From NCBI GenBank assembly GCA_965178125.1, contig OZ237743.1, positions 806,001 to 870,000 on the forward strand: a stretch of DNA of 64,000 bases. Reading direction: 5' to 3'. This DNA comes from Bilabrum cf. latius. Lineage: Eukaryota. The stretch's first letter is position 1; each line of letters begins with the position of its first letter. The notes under the pieces were generated by a model. The model was not told the DNA's origin, ran no database searches, and was given only the letters and a program-made list of their open reading frames with translations. Of this stretch, positions 1 to 11,983 are shown piece after piece. A program made the position numbers and the translations under genes.

Positions 1-1
1 G

Positions 2-2083
2 GCCATCACTCGAAGCGTATGCATCCTGCCGAGGCCAGTCAGAGACTTCGCTGCAACGCACAGCTGGCCCTACTTGCATTATGTGAGCTATGATGCCATG
101 GGCGAACTGTACGCACTGGTCCCGTTTGCAGTGTTGATCGCTGCATCGAGCTGCCTATCTCTCGTGTTGACGGACGACCCCCTGAGTCGATTCGCGCCCC
201 CAGTCTGGTGCGACCACCTGTCTGTCATGCCGTACATCGCATGCATACTACCAGTGCTGGGCCATGTCATCGTGGCGCGACCATGGGACTGGATGCTGAG
301 TCAGCTGGTGGACGACCGCGGCTGCGTGCTGAACTTTGGGGATGAGAGGTCGAGCGTAGTAGCGTACATGGCAGGCGGCGAGTGGTTGTCAGTGAAGTCT
401 CGATGGCTATACACGGGCGAAGTGGAGCAAGGGCACAATGACGGTGTGCCTCGTGTGTACTCGCGCTTCGGGGAGTCTGCTCGGACCGGCTTGATCGCAG
501 TCGCCTGCCTCATTTTAGTTTCGCTTTTTGACATCCTCTTTGTCCTGGCCGATCAGTATGGATGCTTTGACGTGGAAACACTGTAGAGTATCACAAGCAT
601 GCAATACAAGGTGGTGAGCAAGTTTACAGTCGCTGTTGTATTCTGCGTGTTTTTGTAGAGGCGCGTCGGCAAGACTCTCTAGGTTCGTCTCTACGACATA
701 CCCCTAGCCAATGCGAGCTCGCGCAGTGCTGATGTTTGGCGCTGGTGCGAGCGGTAGGTCTCAATCGTGTATGCATTCGGTACGGACATTTTGACTCAGG
801 GACACTTTGCCGCCGGTTTATTGGAACTGCCCATTTAGGCTTGCTTTTTAGAAACGAATGCAAATACGGTCATGCAGACCGTTTTCATGTGGTTGATTGT
901 CTACTATGTCCTCGTGCTGTGCTCTGCTTGGATGCACCCGATTAATCTCTCCCCCAAGAGAACAAGTAGGCCTCCAATAGGACTCATATCAGGTAGTTGG
1001 GCTCATCAAGAGGCGAGACAGATTGTGGACAAGGCTGCAGCAGGCTCTCACAGCATAAACGGAGTCCATTGCCAACGTAAAACACGGTTTACATGCCAGC
1101 GCCCCGACAACGACATATACCTTGTCTAGCAGGGTGTTGCTGCGTCTATCGGGCGCATGCAGTTGCTGCGAGCCACCCGGCTCTAGGCGATGGTGGCAAG
1201 TGCTGGCCGGGCTCTGGTGCAGGCCGCAAGCGCAGCGGCAGTGCCTCTTTCCGACATATCGAACGCTGCAAACTTGGCGTTCAATTCTGTTGGTGCGAGC
1301 CAATCGGACGTTTGCTCGTTGAGTCGGCAGTTTGAGCTGTCGTTGTTTTGGCAAGCAGAGCACCGGAGACTCTCCAGATAGGCCGCTAGTTCCGATCGAC
1401 CGCTGACAGCGGACGAGAGGGACATTTTGCGCACCTGCGACCGTCCAATGTCCGACAAACTCATTTCCTATAGAGCGATACAGACGCAGCGTGCAGTATA
1501 CTGGCTGTGGGACCATTGCAGGGGTCACGAATAGGCACCCTATCTTGGCAGTGCTGGAGAGGCGTCGAGCGAAGACATGGTCGACCGAGCTGCTGATCTC
1601 TTGCTCGGCATGGTGACTTTGCTTGATTGCGAAATCAGGCGGAGGGCACCCACACGCGTGTATGCAGGTGCTTTGACAAGCGAGGCATCAGCGCAGGCCC
1701 TGTCCAGTCCAAGCGGAGACAACAGTGTGACGCAGCGTGCCGCTCGGAAGCGCGCCGCGCTGGCCCACGCCTTGCGCTGCATCCCTCGATCGAAGCTCCT
1801 CCTGCTCGAGGCTGTGGACAACCAGGACAGCCTGAGCAGCATGCTGCAGCTGTGGACCCGGACTGTATCTGACAAGGAGATCGGGCCTCTCGGGCTACGA
1901 GACGTCGAGGTGGCGAGCCCGCAGGTGCATGTGCTCCGTAAGCTGTACAGCAGGGCAGTGAGCGCTGCTTGCTAGAGGATTACGCGCGAAGGTGATGAAA
2001 TGGAGCGACATGCTGAGGAGGAGCTGGCGCCAGAAGCGAAGGGTGGGAGTGGTGCGGCGGCGGCAGCGGGCGGCGTGGCGTGA
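2..2083 (+). CDS. Hypothetical multi-pass membrane protein, 5'-truncated by the window edge (TAG read as Gln)
   Basis: Frame +2 is open from position 2 to TGA at 2081-2083 except for 10 TAGs (584, 656, 680, 755, 836, 1127, 1184, 1379, 1532, 1973). This joins track ORFs 74-586, 872-1129, 1190-1381 and 1577-1975. Several hydrophobic segments; no recognised domain. Confidence 0.7.
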
Positions 2084-2455
2084 GTCATTGCACGTTTGTT
2101 GCGGCTTGTGGACTTCATTTGGCACCAAGACAGGCTGCCATCAATAGTTGTGTCGATATGTTTGGGTTTAGTTGGTTGATCCTAGTCCGTGCAGCACACC
2201 ACTGCCAGGCCATCAAGAAGCGCACGAGTGCGTGCGGTTTCGTTGCTTACTATTTGGTGTCGCTGCTATGCTCCACGCCACGGAACCCCGATTGGAGCGA
2301 GGTCCATGAGTCCTGGGGGCTGTATTCTCGCGCTCGGGCCACACTGGCAGCTCCGATCGGATTGAACTCGAGGCAGTGAGGCACGTACCCAGATGACGAG
2401 GCAACCTCCACCTGGAGATTCCCAATTTGAAATCGACAAGTTAATTTAGGTCTGC

Positions 2456-4145
2456 ATGCACTACCTTTTTGCGGTCCTTTCGCTTGCCATTGTGGCAGTC
2501 CCCGCTTCGCTTGGCTAGGAGGCCAAAGTGTTTGATGTCACCAGCTTCGGAGCTGTCCCAGACGGACGAGCATTGAACACAAAGGCTTTTGCCTCGGCTA
2601 TTGAGGCAGGAGTATCATACGTCAATGGCGCCCCACATCCTGGAGCCTATCAAGGAATTATCAGCGTTCCAAAGGCTGCAGGGCCAGGTTTCCTGATTGG
2701 ATCCTTGAACTTTTCCTCGTACCTCACGCTGCGTGTAGATTCCGGCGCTAAATTACTGGCTAGCACGGATCCAAACGATTATGTTGTGAGTCTTGCATGT
2801 GCCTGCATGCTGTATGCATTCGATTGCTCATCAGTACTCGAGCATGAAACCTTGCAAAACCATCACTGTGACGCAGGCCATTCCACCACTGCCTTCGTAC
2901 GGCACCTGTCGCGACACTGGGGGCCCTTTCCGATACGGATCTATCATTGACTGCTTCGGGTGCACCCGCTTCCAGGTGACTGGAGCTGGCACGATTGACG
3001 GGCAGGGCTGGCCATGGTACAGCCGCTTCGCAAACCATACGCTGCAGGCTGGGCGGCCCCATGTCCTGGAGTGCATGGATTGCACGGACTTTAGCATTTT
3101 GGGCGACGGGCCTCAGTCGGACCAGATGCTTCGCATCGTGGACAGCCCGTTCTGGACCGTGCATCCATATGCCACGGACGGCGTCACCATCCGCTACCTG
3201 AACATCTCCAACGATCCAAGGACGGACGCACTGGGAGGTAGAGTCGCCCCCAACACGTGAGTGTCTGAGTGCTTCTGACAACAGCTTGATCTGAGGGGAT
3301 TCGCGAGGTTTAATTGGATCTGTGGACTTTCTTGGCCTTTTGGTGCCGGCCGTCATCAGTATACTGGTAGTGTGCAGCACTCGCAAACCGCCAGGGGTTC
3401 TGCGCTTTCCAGCGAGACTTCGTTGCTGCTCTTGCAACTGCTTCATCATTCTATGTTTTTGCCGTTCTTGATTCGTCGCAGCGACGGCCTGGACCCCGAT
3501 TCCAGCCAGAACGTGCTGATCGACAGCTGCGTGCTCACCACGGGCGACGACGGGGTGGCCATCAAGTCAGGCTTCAACAACGCAGGTCTCAAGTTCAACA
3601 GGCCTACAAAGAACGTGCTGGTGCATAACGTGACCGTCAACAACGACTGCTGCAACGGTTTCTGCATCGGTTCGGAGACATCTGGCGGCATCGAGAACAT
3701 CGTGTTCGACAGCTGCACCTCCCTCGGTTCGCCTGGCAGCGCGTTCAACATCAAGTCTGCAGCAGGCAGGGGGGCATACGTCCGCAACGTGACCTTTGTG
3801 AACAGCTTCGTGGGCGGGGCGAGCAACGGCATCAGCATCGACGAGCATTACGGGGGCGGCTGCGTGGAGCCCGCCTGCAACTCGAGCGCAATCCCCGAAG
3901 TATCCGGCATCACCTTCCGCAACATCTAGATGGTGGACAACCAGACGCAACTGAGCCGCACCGCTGGCACGTTCCTTGGAATTTCAGGCGTGGGATCGCC
4001 TGGATTCATCCGCGACCTCAAGGTGGAGCAAGTGAGCCTCAGGGCCAGGGACGGAAGCGCGTGGCAGTGTCAGGACACACAGGGCGTGTCCGTGCATGAC
4101 GTGACCCCCGGTGGGCTCACCAGCGCGTGCAATGGTCATGATTGA
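2456..4145 (+). CDS. Secreted glycoside hydrolase family 28 (polygalacturonase-like)
   Basis: Exons 2456-2785, 2877-3256, 3482-4145; both introns are GTGAGT...GCAG. Signal peptide MHYLFAVLSLAIVAVPASLG is followed by TAG (2516) and then VFDVTSFGAVPDG. Splicing recreates the catalytic NTDG motif; GDDGVAIKSG, IGSETSGG and IKS are present. Second TAG at 3927; ends TGA. Confidence 0.92.
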
Positions 4146-4299
4146 TGCAGGTGGCGATTAAGTGTTTGAGAGGGGCTTGTTTATTGCGCTGGAGGGTCAC
4201 GCGACGCGATTTTGAACGAAGCAGTGAAGAAACGTGTATTTTGAGCCGTAAACCACACTGACGAATGGTGGAGCGCACGCGACAACTTCACCTGATACT

Positions 4300-6378
4300 A
4301 TGAAGACTGTAGCTTGTGTGGTTGCAGCACTGGCTGCTAGCTGTAGCGCGTATGATAATGGAGCTACTGGGGGCAAGCTGCCAAGTCTTGGGTGGTCCTC
4401 GTAAGCAGAGTTGCAGTTGCTCTTCGTGCGATCTACTGCCAGTTTGTCTAGAGTCTTGCGTACCATGGCCTCATGTTTGTGTTTCGAACGCAGCTGGGTC
4501 GGATTAGCACCTCCTTCGACCCCCAGCCAGCCCCAGTTTGACTTTTGCTCCGAGGATACGGTCAAGGCAGCTGCGGACGCGATGGAGCAGCTCAACCTGT
4601 TTTCCTCCGGCCCTTCCAGCAAGGATGGGCCGCAGCTGCACCTACGGTGAGGTGCATCAAATGTGTACATTTACCTTTTTTGTTGTGGCCCAAGCGAAAC
4701 TTATTCGCTGACTCGTCTGCTTTTCCTATACAGGTTGGACGACTGCTGGGCCGGTCCGCGCGACAAGAACGGGATGCTTACCGCAGACCCAACGAGGTTC
4801 CCGAACGGGATGAAGGTAGTGGCGGACTATGTGCACTCCAAAACTGTGAACGGCAAGAAGCTCCTTCTGGGCGTGTACACCTGCATGGGTGAGTCTCACC
4901 AAGTGCAACTGCACCCGCAACAGATGACGCGCCGCATTGCGGTCACACCCTTCGCTCTACCGCTACACCTAAAACATTGTTGCAGGCTCTCAAACATGCG
5001 TGGGTGGTCGCCCGGGCAGCCTGGGGCACTACGAGCAGGACGCCGAGTACTTCGCTCAGAACGGCATCGATGCCGTCAAGGCCGACTGGTGAGCAGCACT
5101 GCGCGATACATCTACCGTTTAACTGTTAAGATCGCCGTCGTTGAGTCAATTCTATTTATGAATTTACATTCCGGTTGCGTCGTCATGAGCATCCGGACAC
5201 GCCTCCTCCGACTTCCCCCCCCCCCCCACCATCTCGCAGGTGCCACACGAGCGGGCTGGACCCCAAGGTGCAGTACCCCATCCTGTCAAAGGCACTCAAT
5301 GCCAGCGCCAAGGAGAATCCTATCCTCTTTAACTCGTGCGAGTGGGGCGTTGAGAACCCCTGGGAATGGGCTGACGAGTGGATGCAGAGCTGGAGAGCGA
5401 CGGGGGACCACACAGCCACCTGGCCCTCAACCAAGAGCATCATCCAGCAGAGTGCTAACATCCCCACCAAGTACAGCGGCCGCCCCTACGGCTGGAATGA
5501 CCTGGACATGCTTGAGACAGGCAACTACGGGCAGGTAGCACACGCCAACGGCAAGACGCCCAACATGACCGCCACAGAGTACAAGACCGAGTTCTCCATG
5601 TGAGCGAAGTTTCACTGTATTGCAATGCATCTCAGCGTATGGCAGCCCGGCAGCCTGCGATCAGAGGTAGACTCTTTGAGCTCTGATCTACACCTGGTGC
5701 ATTTTCCCTCGCAACTCGTTGCATTCGTTCGTTTTCCTTCCGCACTTCCCCCGCAGGTGGGCCATCTCTGCCAGTCCTCTGGTCGTAACCACCAAGATCA
5801 CCAACTGCACGGCGACACCCCCGCCGGCTCCCCACGGGCAGTGCAACGTGACTCTCAGGGATCGGCACTCGCACGATTCCTGCACCGCGGGGGAGAGCTT
5901 CGGGTGCTACTCCAACGGGTCCATGTGGACGGACCAGGGGTGCCGTGGGGAGTTCATGTGCAACGGATACGACACGACCTGCGACGTGGACGGCGATGGC
6001 AGGCACGTCTGCTCCTGCGGCGGGAGCGTCAAGTGCTTCCCCTGGATCAGCGACCTGCAGAAGGAGATCCTATACAACACCGAGGTGATTGCAGTCAACC
6101 AGGACGTGACTCTCCAGGGCAGCCCTGTGAACGGCCCTGCAGACCTCACGGTGTGGTCCCGCAACCTATCCGACGGCTCAATCGCCGTAGCCCTTTACAA
6201 CCAGGAGGATGACCCCGTGGACATCACTGCCAAGTTCAGCTCGCTCGGGTGGTCAGACACGACCGCGGCCAACGTGCGAGACCTGTGGGCGCACAAGGAC
6301 CTGGGCAAGGTCACGGGCCAGTACGGCCGGACGGTCCAAGCCCACGAGACCGTGATGCTGCGGCTGACCAAGGCTTGA
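4300..6378 (+). CDS. Secreted alpha-galactosidase (GH27) with a Cys-rich insert
   Basis: Exons 4300-4400, 4494-4646, 4734-4888, 4986-5088, 5240-5599, 5757-6378. Signal peptide, then DNG..P.LGWSSW, LDDCW, D..RFPNGMK, VKADWC (nucleophile), SWRATGD, WNDLDML, FSMWAI.ASPL, IAVNQD and a C-terminal VRDLW beta-sandwich. No in-frame TAG; ends TGA. Confidence 0.95.
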
Positions 6379-6758
6379 GCATCCATTGGATCTAAGTAGC
6401 GGGAGTATGTGGGGCCGGCAATGGCACTGCGTTGCCGTGTGCTAGTGCTTCACTTGACTTGGGATGGGTCTCTTTCTGGTCGTGGGGGTGGGGTTGTATT
6501 CTGATCCGGTGCTCTAGCTGGCACTATCATCCTGGATAGGCACATTCGTCCCACAGATTAGGGGTAACAGGTCTTTACACATGAATTCAACGTTCGCCCC
6601 CAAACATCCAACTTAAAGTATGCACAACAAAAGATCCACACTAACTATTTGGGGCTGGTTCAAGCCAGGTAGGCCACACTGCTGCAAAGGCACACGCCAC
6701 AGCGCTCCGAGTAGTGCCAATATAGAAGAACGGGAGTCATTCAACCCTGCAAGTTTCC

Positions 6759-9700
6759 TCACCGCGCTCGGAGGACAACCCTCATAGCAATAGACTCGTT
6801 TGGGACGTGGACCACACCATGCCCAAACCTTACCACGTGTGCATGCCAGTCCGAGGCCAGGTCGATGAGCGACGGTGCTCGCTGCAGAGCGGGACCCGCA
6901 GTCCGAACAGGGGTGCTTGAGCCGTTTGGCGCACCACCATCTCTCTCAGCGGTGCCCCCTTTATCAGTTTCTCTGGCACCACTCGCTTTGCTATCGCCTG
7001 CTGCTGCGCCATCCTGCCCCGATTGCTCACTCGATTCTGCACCTGGGCCGTTCTCAGTCCCTGGCTGTTCTGCCGGTTCCGCATCGCTATTAGCAGCAGA
7101 AGCAGCAGCATTGGATCTTCGGTTCATCAAAGCGTTCAGTTCGCTCGCCCTCAGATCCATGAGCTGCTCTAAAGCACGCCTGCCAAGCGGCCCGGACGCA
7201 AGGGCGGGCCACAGCCTCGGCTTGAGACCCACAACTATGCACGACACGACGGCTGGAATGCCTCCGAGGCTCTCTTCAGCATTGCCAGGGGCCTCCGTAC
7301 TCTGCACATCGCTACCATTGAATTTTCTGGCGCCATTGCCTTCGTCACCACCCTCATCAGCTGCATCACTATCGCTAGATCCATCACCCCTGCTGCCGCC
7401 TGCACTAGGCGTAGTCTCCTCTGCATCGGCCGATGCACCTCCCGCCCACGGGTTGTGCGATCCACCCAGCCAGTGCACCGCGCTATCTAGGCGGCTCTGT
7501 TCCCATGCAGGACCCGCGGCGCACATGGCGGCAGCACGCAGCAAAACAGCTCCTGCATCATCCACCGCAGTGACTTCGCTGCACTCCAGCACTAGCACCT
7601 CGACAGATTGCCTGGCTGCACCGACCCGCGCAACAGATACATTCGGTTCTGCATCAGTGCCAACTCCCGGTGATCCACCACCGGGCCGACTCGATTCTGC
7701 AGGTCCTGCGAAGGCACCATCCGCCTGGACCTTCTCTTCGCTGCCAAACGCGCCATTTTTGCTTGCGACACCGCGCTTTGTGCTACGTGCTGAACAGTGC
7801 GACCTCAGCTTGTGCAGCACCTGGCTCGCCTCCTTGAAACCAACCACGCCTCGCAGCTTAATGAAGAGCACGCCAGCGAGCGCTGCACGACTTGACTAGG
7901 CACTTGCAGGGCCACCAAGCAGCGCTACCGGCAACGATGACCCGCTGTTGCTCGTACCTGCCTCCGCTGCTTGTAGTTGCTTTCTCTCCATCTACTGCCT
8001 CCATGCCGCGCCACCCAATGAGGCCATAACGCTGCCCTGCGACTGATACCCACAGCAAGTTGCCACCCAATGCACAACGAATCCTAGAATGGCGCCGGGC
8101 ACAAGACCCACCATCACGCACGCGATGCAGGTGATCCAAATCACCCAAGCGCTCGCCCAATCGTCCTTGCTGGCATGCACCTATCTCTTCACGACCAGCC
8201 AATCCAGCACCAAATGTAATCCAACGTAGGCCAAAAGCCCCCCCATGACCGGGATAGGCACCCAGCGCATCAGCGGGCGTGCAAACAGCAAGATACCGGT
8301 CAGGCCTGCAGCAGCCGACAACCCCACAAGCCGAGTGCTGCCCCCGGCCTGCACCGCGAAGGCACTCAGCGCAAACTCGAGCAGGCCAGGCGGACCACCC
8401 ACCGCTGCCGCCGCTGCGCAGGAGGCACCAGCTGCCTCCAGCTCAGTGTCAAATACCTTGAGAGCCCGGTCGATGCTTCTGACCTGTGCACGCGCCAAGG
8501 CACCGTCCTCTTTGGTGGAGATCTTAAGCCCCTGCCTCAGGCCGTCAAATGACCCGCTGTTGCGCGAGGACACACCGCCCGATCCAGAGCCTAGCAGGTG
8601 CCTGTGCGCGAATGCTTCGAAGCACGCTCGATTTAGTCCACATATGCCGCAGCAGCTGCAACAAATCGTGTCTAGGCAGCCATTGCAGACTGCGCTTTGG
8701 CCCATCGCGGCGGCACTGTGCGTGCCGTTGGGTGCATCACTTGCCGGAATCCCACTCCCTTTTCCTAGTCTGTCCTACCGCCCGCTGCCATCCCTCCTCG
8801 TTTTCCTTCGAGTGCCGTACATGGAGCCGCTGCTCCCTGCCGTGGTACTGCAGGCCTGTGTTGGTGGAGCCGCAACCCCTCTCAGCTCACGACTGGATAC
8901 CCACCTCGGTGCACGGCGACTTTCTGCCCCTGCCCCTGCACCCGCGCTTGCACCTCCAGGCCCTCGCACAGCTCCACTAACCTGATCGAGCCCTGCATTA
9001 TCGCCACCTGCGACATCTCGCTTGCGCAAGCTACCGCCCGAGCTTGACCGAAGGGAAGGCCGGACCAGCAGAGGCTTCCGCTCCTGCATACGAAGCTGGA
9101 GCTTGTCCCCGCCCGCTCTATCACCGAGCTACGTACCCCCGCAAGGCATGCCACAGCAGTAGAGCACGCTGCCGTCTTCGCATGCCTGGCCGCCATTTGC
9201 ATCCTTCTTGCTGTTGTAGCTGCCATCTGAATCCCAGCCCATGCAGCACCGGCAAGGGCTAGACAGCCGCACAGGGGGGTCTTCAGGAAGCGGACCCAGC
9301 CCCGCCCTCGCTCTCAGCCTGTCGACACCTGCCGTGCGAAAGGCCACGAGAAGGATCGCGAGCACGGGGGCGGCGAGCAAGATGTCAGGCAGGGCCCGCA
9401 GCAGGCCCATCTGCTCGGCCACGTTGCCCCCTAGCACGATCTGCGAGGGAGCGCTGACTGCCTCTAGCATGAACCACAGCACGTGGGGGGTCGATGTGGG
9501 CCCCTGCGGCCGCCTGGGAAGCCACACTCCTCGACCAGAGAGTGCCTGTCCCACCCCGGCCGCCTGAGACAGCGAGCTCTGGTCCTGGGTTCTGAGGGCC
9601 AGGAGCAGGAGGAGAACCCCGCAGGTGCTGGCAAGCACGGTGGCTGGCAGCACCACGGGGAACGTTCGCGAAGCTGCTTCCTGTACGTACGCCAGAAACG

Positions 9701-10376
9701 CGGCGATGGCGGCCCCGACGGCCAGCACCGGCACCATTTTGAGCTGCAGCACGGCCGATTCTCCTCCGGGTGACGGCCTGAGGCTCACCCACCGGAGTGG
9801 CCTCCAGCCAGCCGTCATCATCCCGACCGCCTCGTCCAGGATTACCAGGCCGCAGCCGGCGAGGAAGCCGGCGATGACTGTTCGCGGTACCCGGTAGAAT
9901 ATGGCGCCCTGGCCGATGCATCCCACGAGGAGGAGACAGACCGAGCAGGCAGCCGAGGCGAGCACAAACACTGCGAGCGCGACGCGCAGCCCAGGGGACG
10001 TCGAGTGACTGGCAATCGGCAGCGCGTCAAACGCCGTAGCATTCGAGGCTCTAGGGTCAAATGGCGCTGATGTCTCCAGCGTGGGGAGTTGCAGGCTGCT
10101 GGCTGCGTCAATGGCGGCCGCATGAAGCACTGCTGCCAACAATGGGTCGGGCCCTGCAATCGCTGGCGGGAGGGAGCTGCCCAATGAAGTAACCAAACAG
10201 GTCACAACAGCTGTCAATAGAAAAGCTGTTCCAAACTTTGGTACTTCGCGGCCCTCTGGGTCCAGTCCTCCAGTTGCCAGCAAGGACGCTAAGCTAGAGG
10301 AGAATGCCGCGGTCAGGAAAGCGACTAGCAGGCCAGCAACACAGTTTCTGGATATATTTGTCCAACTGAAACTCAT
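6759..10376 (-). CDS. SulP/SLC26-like anion transporter with a divergent C-terminal STAS-like domain (~1,205 aa)
   Basis: One frame joins ORFs 9129-10457, 8775-9089, 8181-8705, 7992-8180 and 6759-7871 across TAGs at 9129, 8775, 8181, 7992 and 7896; ends TGA at 6759. SulP-like motifs AIAGPD, VPRTVIAGFLAGCG and VPIPVMGGLLAYVGL; STAS-like FIKLRGVVGF and VLVLECSEVTAVDDAG. Start ATG inferred. Confidence 0.8.
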
Positions 10377-10586
10377 AATTGGTAACTTTATGACACCATA
10401 TCTCAGATTGGGCAGTGAAAATGCCGTGCACAATGTTGAGAGCCAGCCAAATCTCAACGAACGTTCTAGTGGGTTCGATTCTTGAGAGTTCCGGTTTGGC
10501 CCGGTTCAACCAAACTCTTTTTTCGTGCAGTTTTCTGGTACAGCATCGCCTGTCAGGGGTCTAGAACTTATTCATTCTCGATTGAA

Positions 10587-11318
10587 ATGATGCCATTGAA
10601 CGCGATTTGCCGGTTTTGGCGCTGCACGACTCGTATATCAACACGAGGTCCCTTTGGCAGATTATCCCGATTAGCTTCAAGCAGAGCCTCGATGCAAGAC
10701 CAGCAACCCCCCAAGGTCCACCTCAACGATGGAAGCGCCTCATGGTCATCTGCTCTATCGATGGGCGCAACCGCGTTGTGCTTTGCTCATTGCACACTGC
10801 TTCCGATCGCGTTGGCAGGCTTACCTTTGCTGACTGCAGCAGTCCCAGCGGATGCCCAGGCTTTGGTTCACGACGTTTTGCACGCAACAAGCGTCCTGTT
10901 TGTTGTACCTGTCGGATCATACGCCGTTTATCACCATTATTAGAGCCATGGGCGGGTCGAGGTATCCTCTCTTGGGTTCGGCGGGCTGACGACGATCGCA
11001 GCCACGTACGGGCCGTGCGTGTTTTCGTCCTTGCCGCACATGGTACCCCATGAGTATCACCAGATTATAGCAGGAGCGGGGTGCCTCGCGTTACTAGGGT
11101 CTTAGTTCTGGAGCAGGAGAATCATCCGCTTGTCATCGACGATTCCGGACAGTGCTGCCACGTGCTGCTCGACAGCAGCCCAGGGAGTAAGTGGCGCCGA
11201 TGCTGGCACGACCGAGTTAAAGTCGAGCGGGGAGCCGGGTTTTAATGAAACGGACGCGCAAAGCGACGCTCGGAAGCAGCGGGAAGGTGCTGCAGCCGAG
11301 TCGTGCTGCAGACAATGA
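10587..11318 (+). CDS. MerC-like membrane protein with an Arg/Ser-rich N-terminal extension (~243 aa)
   Basis: Frame is open through TAGs at 10941 and 11103 to TGA at 11316. ATALCFAHCTLLP resembles the MerC (PF03203) LCxxHC..P motif, followed by further TM helices and YHHY(Q)SHGR; C-terminal CC pairs. Alternative start ATG at 10692. Confidence 0.65.
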
Positions 11319-11983
11319 TCCGGCCGAGCGGCAAGCCAGGCTTGCCTCACCCTCTGATGTTTTGGTAGGGCCTGGTAGAAGTGGCAAAATGGTAGTGCGG
11401 CATCTACCAGCAACTGATAACCACGATGGCGTACTACTGGTCCGCATAGCCGCATTAATGCTCCTTGGGGAAAGGAGTGGCCCAGTTGGCTGCCGAGTCG
11501 TCGATGCCAGTGGTCCTGCAGGGTCGATGAAAAGGTGCAGGTCTTGCACGGTTGCTCCAGGACGAGGCAAGCGCACCCACTCACGAATCACTAGTGGGTC
11601 TAATGGCGACGAATTTCGCTGATCAACTTCCTGGATGGCTCATTGACCCTGCTCTAGGCCTGATATGTGCAGGTTTGATGTGCCCCTCTGGATGGCGTAA
11701 GGCCTTTGGAGAGGGGGCGAGTTTTGCTCGAGGGGAGCACCGATACCAAAGTCAGTACGTGCCTTGATATTTGCACAGAAATATTATTATGGAAATCTAG
11801 TGCATAGACAGCCACAGTACATCGAATGGGTGCATTAGCCCCTGGAAATGAGGTGTCTCACTCCAATATCTAGCGAACCCAATGGCCGGGCGAACCTGCA
11901 TGGAACCTCGAAATGGACTGGCGATTTCAGATTGCGATTGCTGTGACCCAGACATAGGCCACCCACGACATTTACCGTGCAGT

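Noticed and set aside
5215-5227. Poly-C run as a phase-variation tract
   Set aside because: It lies within GH27 intron 4, in the pyrimidine tract just before the acceptor, so it is non-coding.
11319-11881. Possible small gene between the MerC-like and TPR genes
   Set aside because: Even with TAG as sense, the frames I checked are closed by TAA/TGA within short distances and no motif was recognisable. It is treated as intergenic/UTR.
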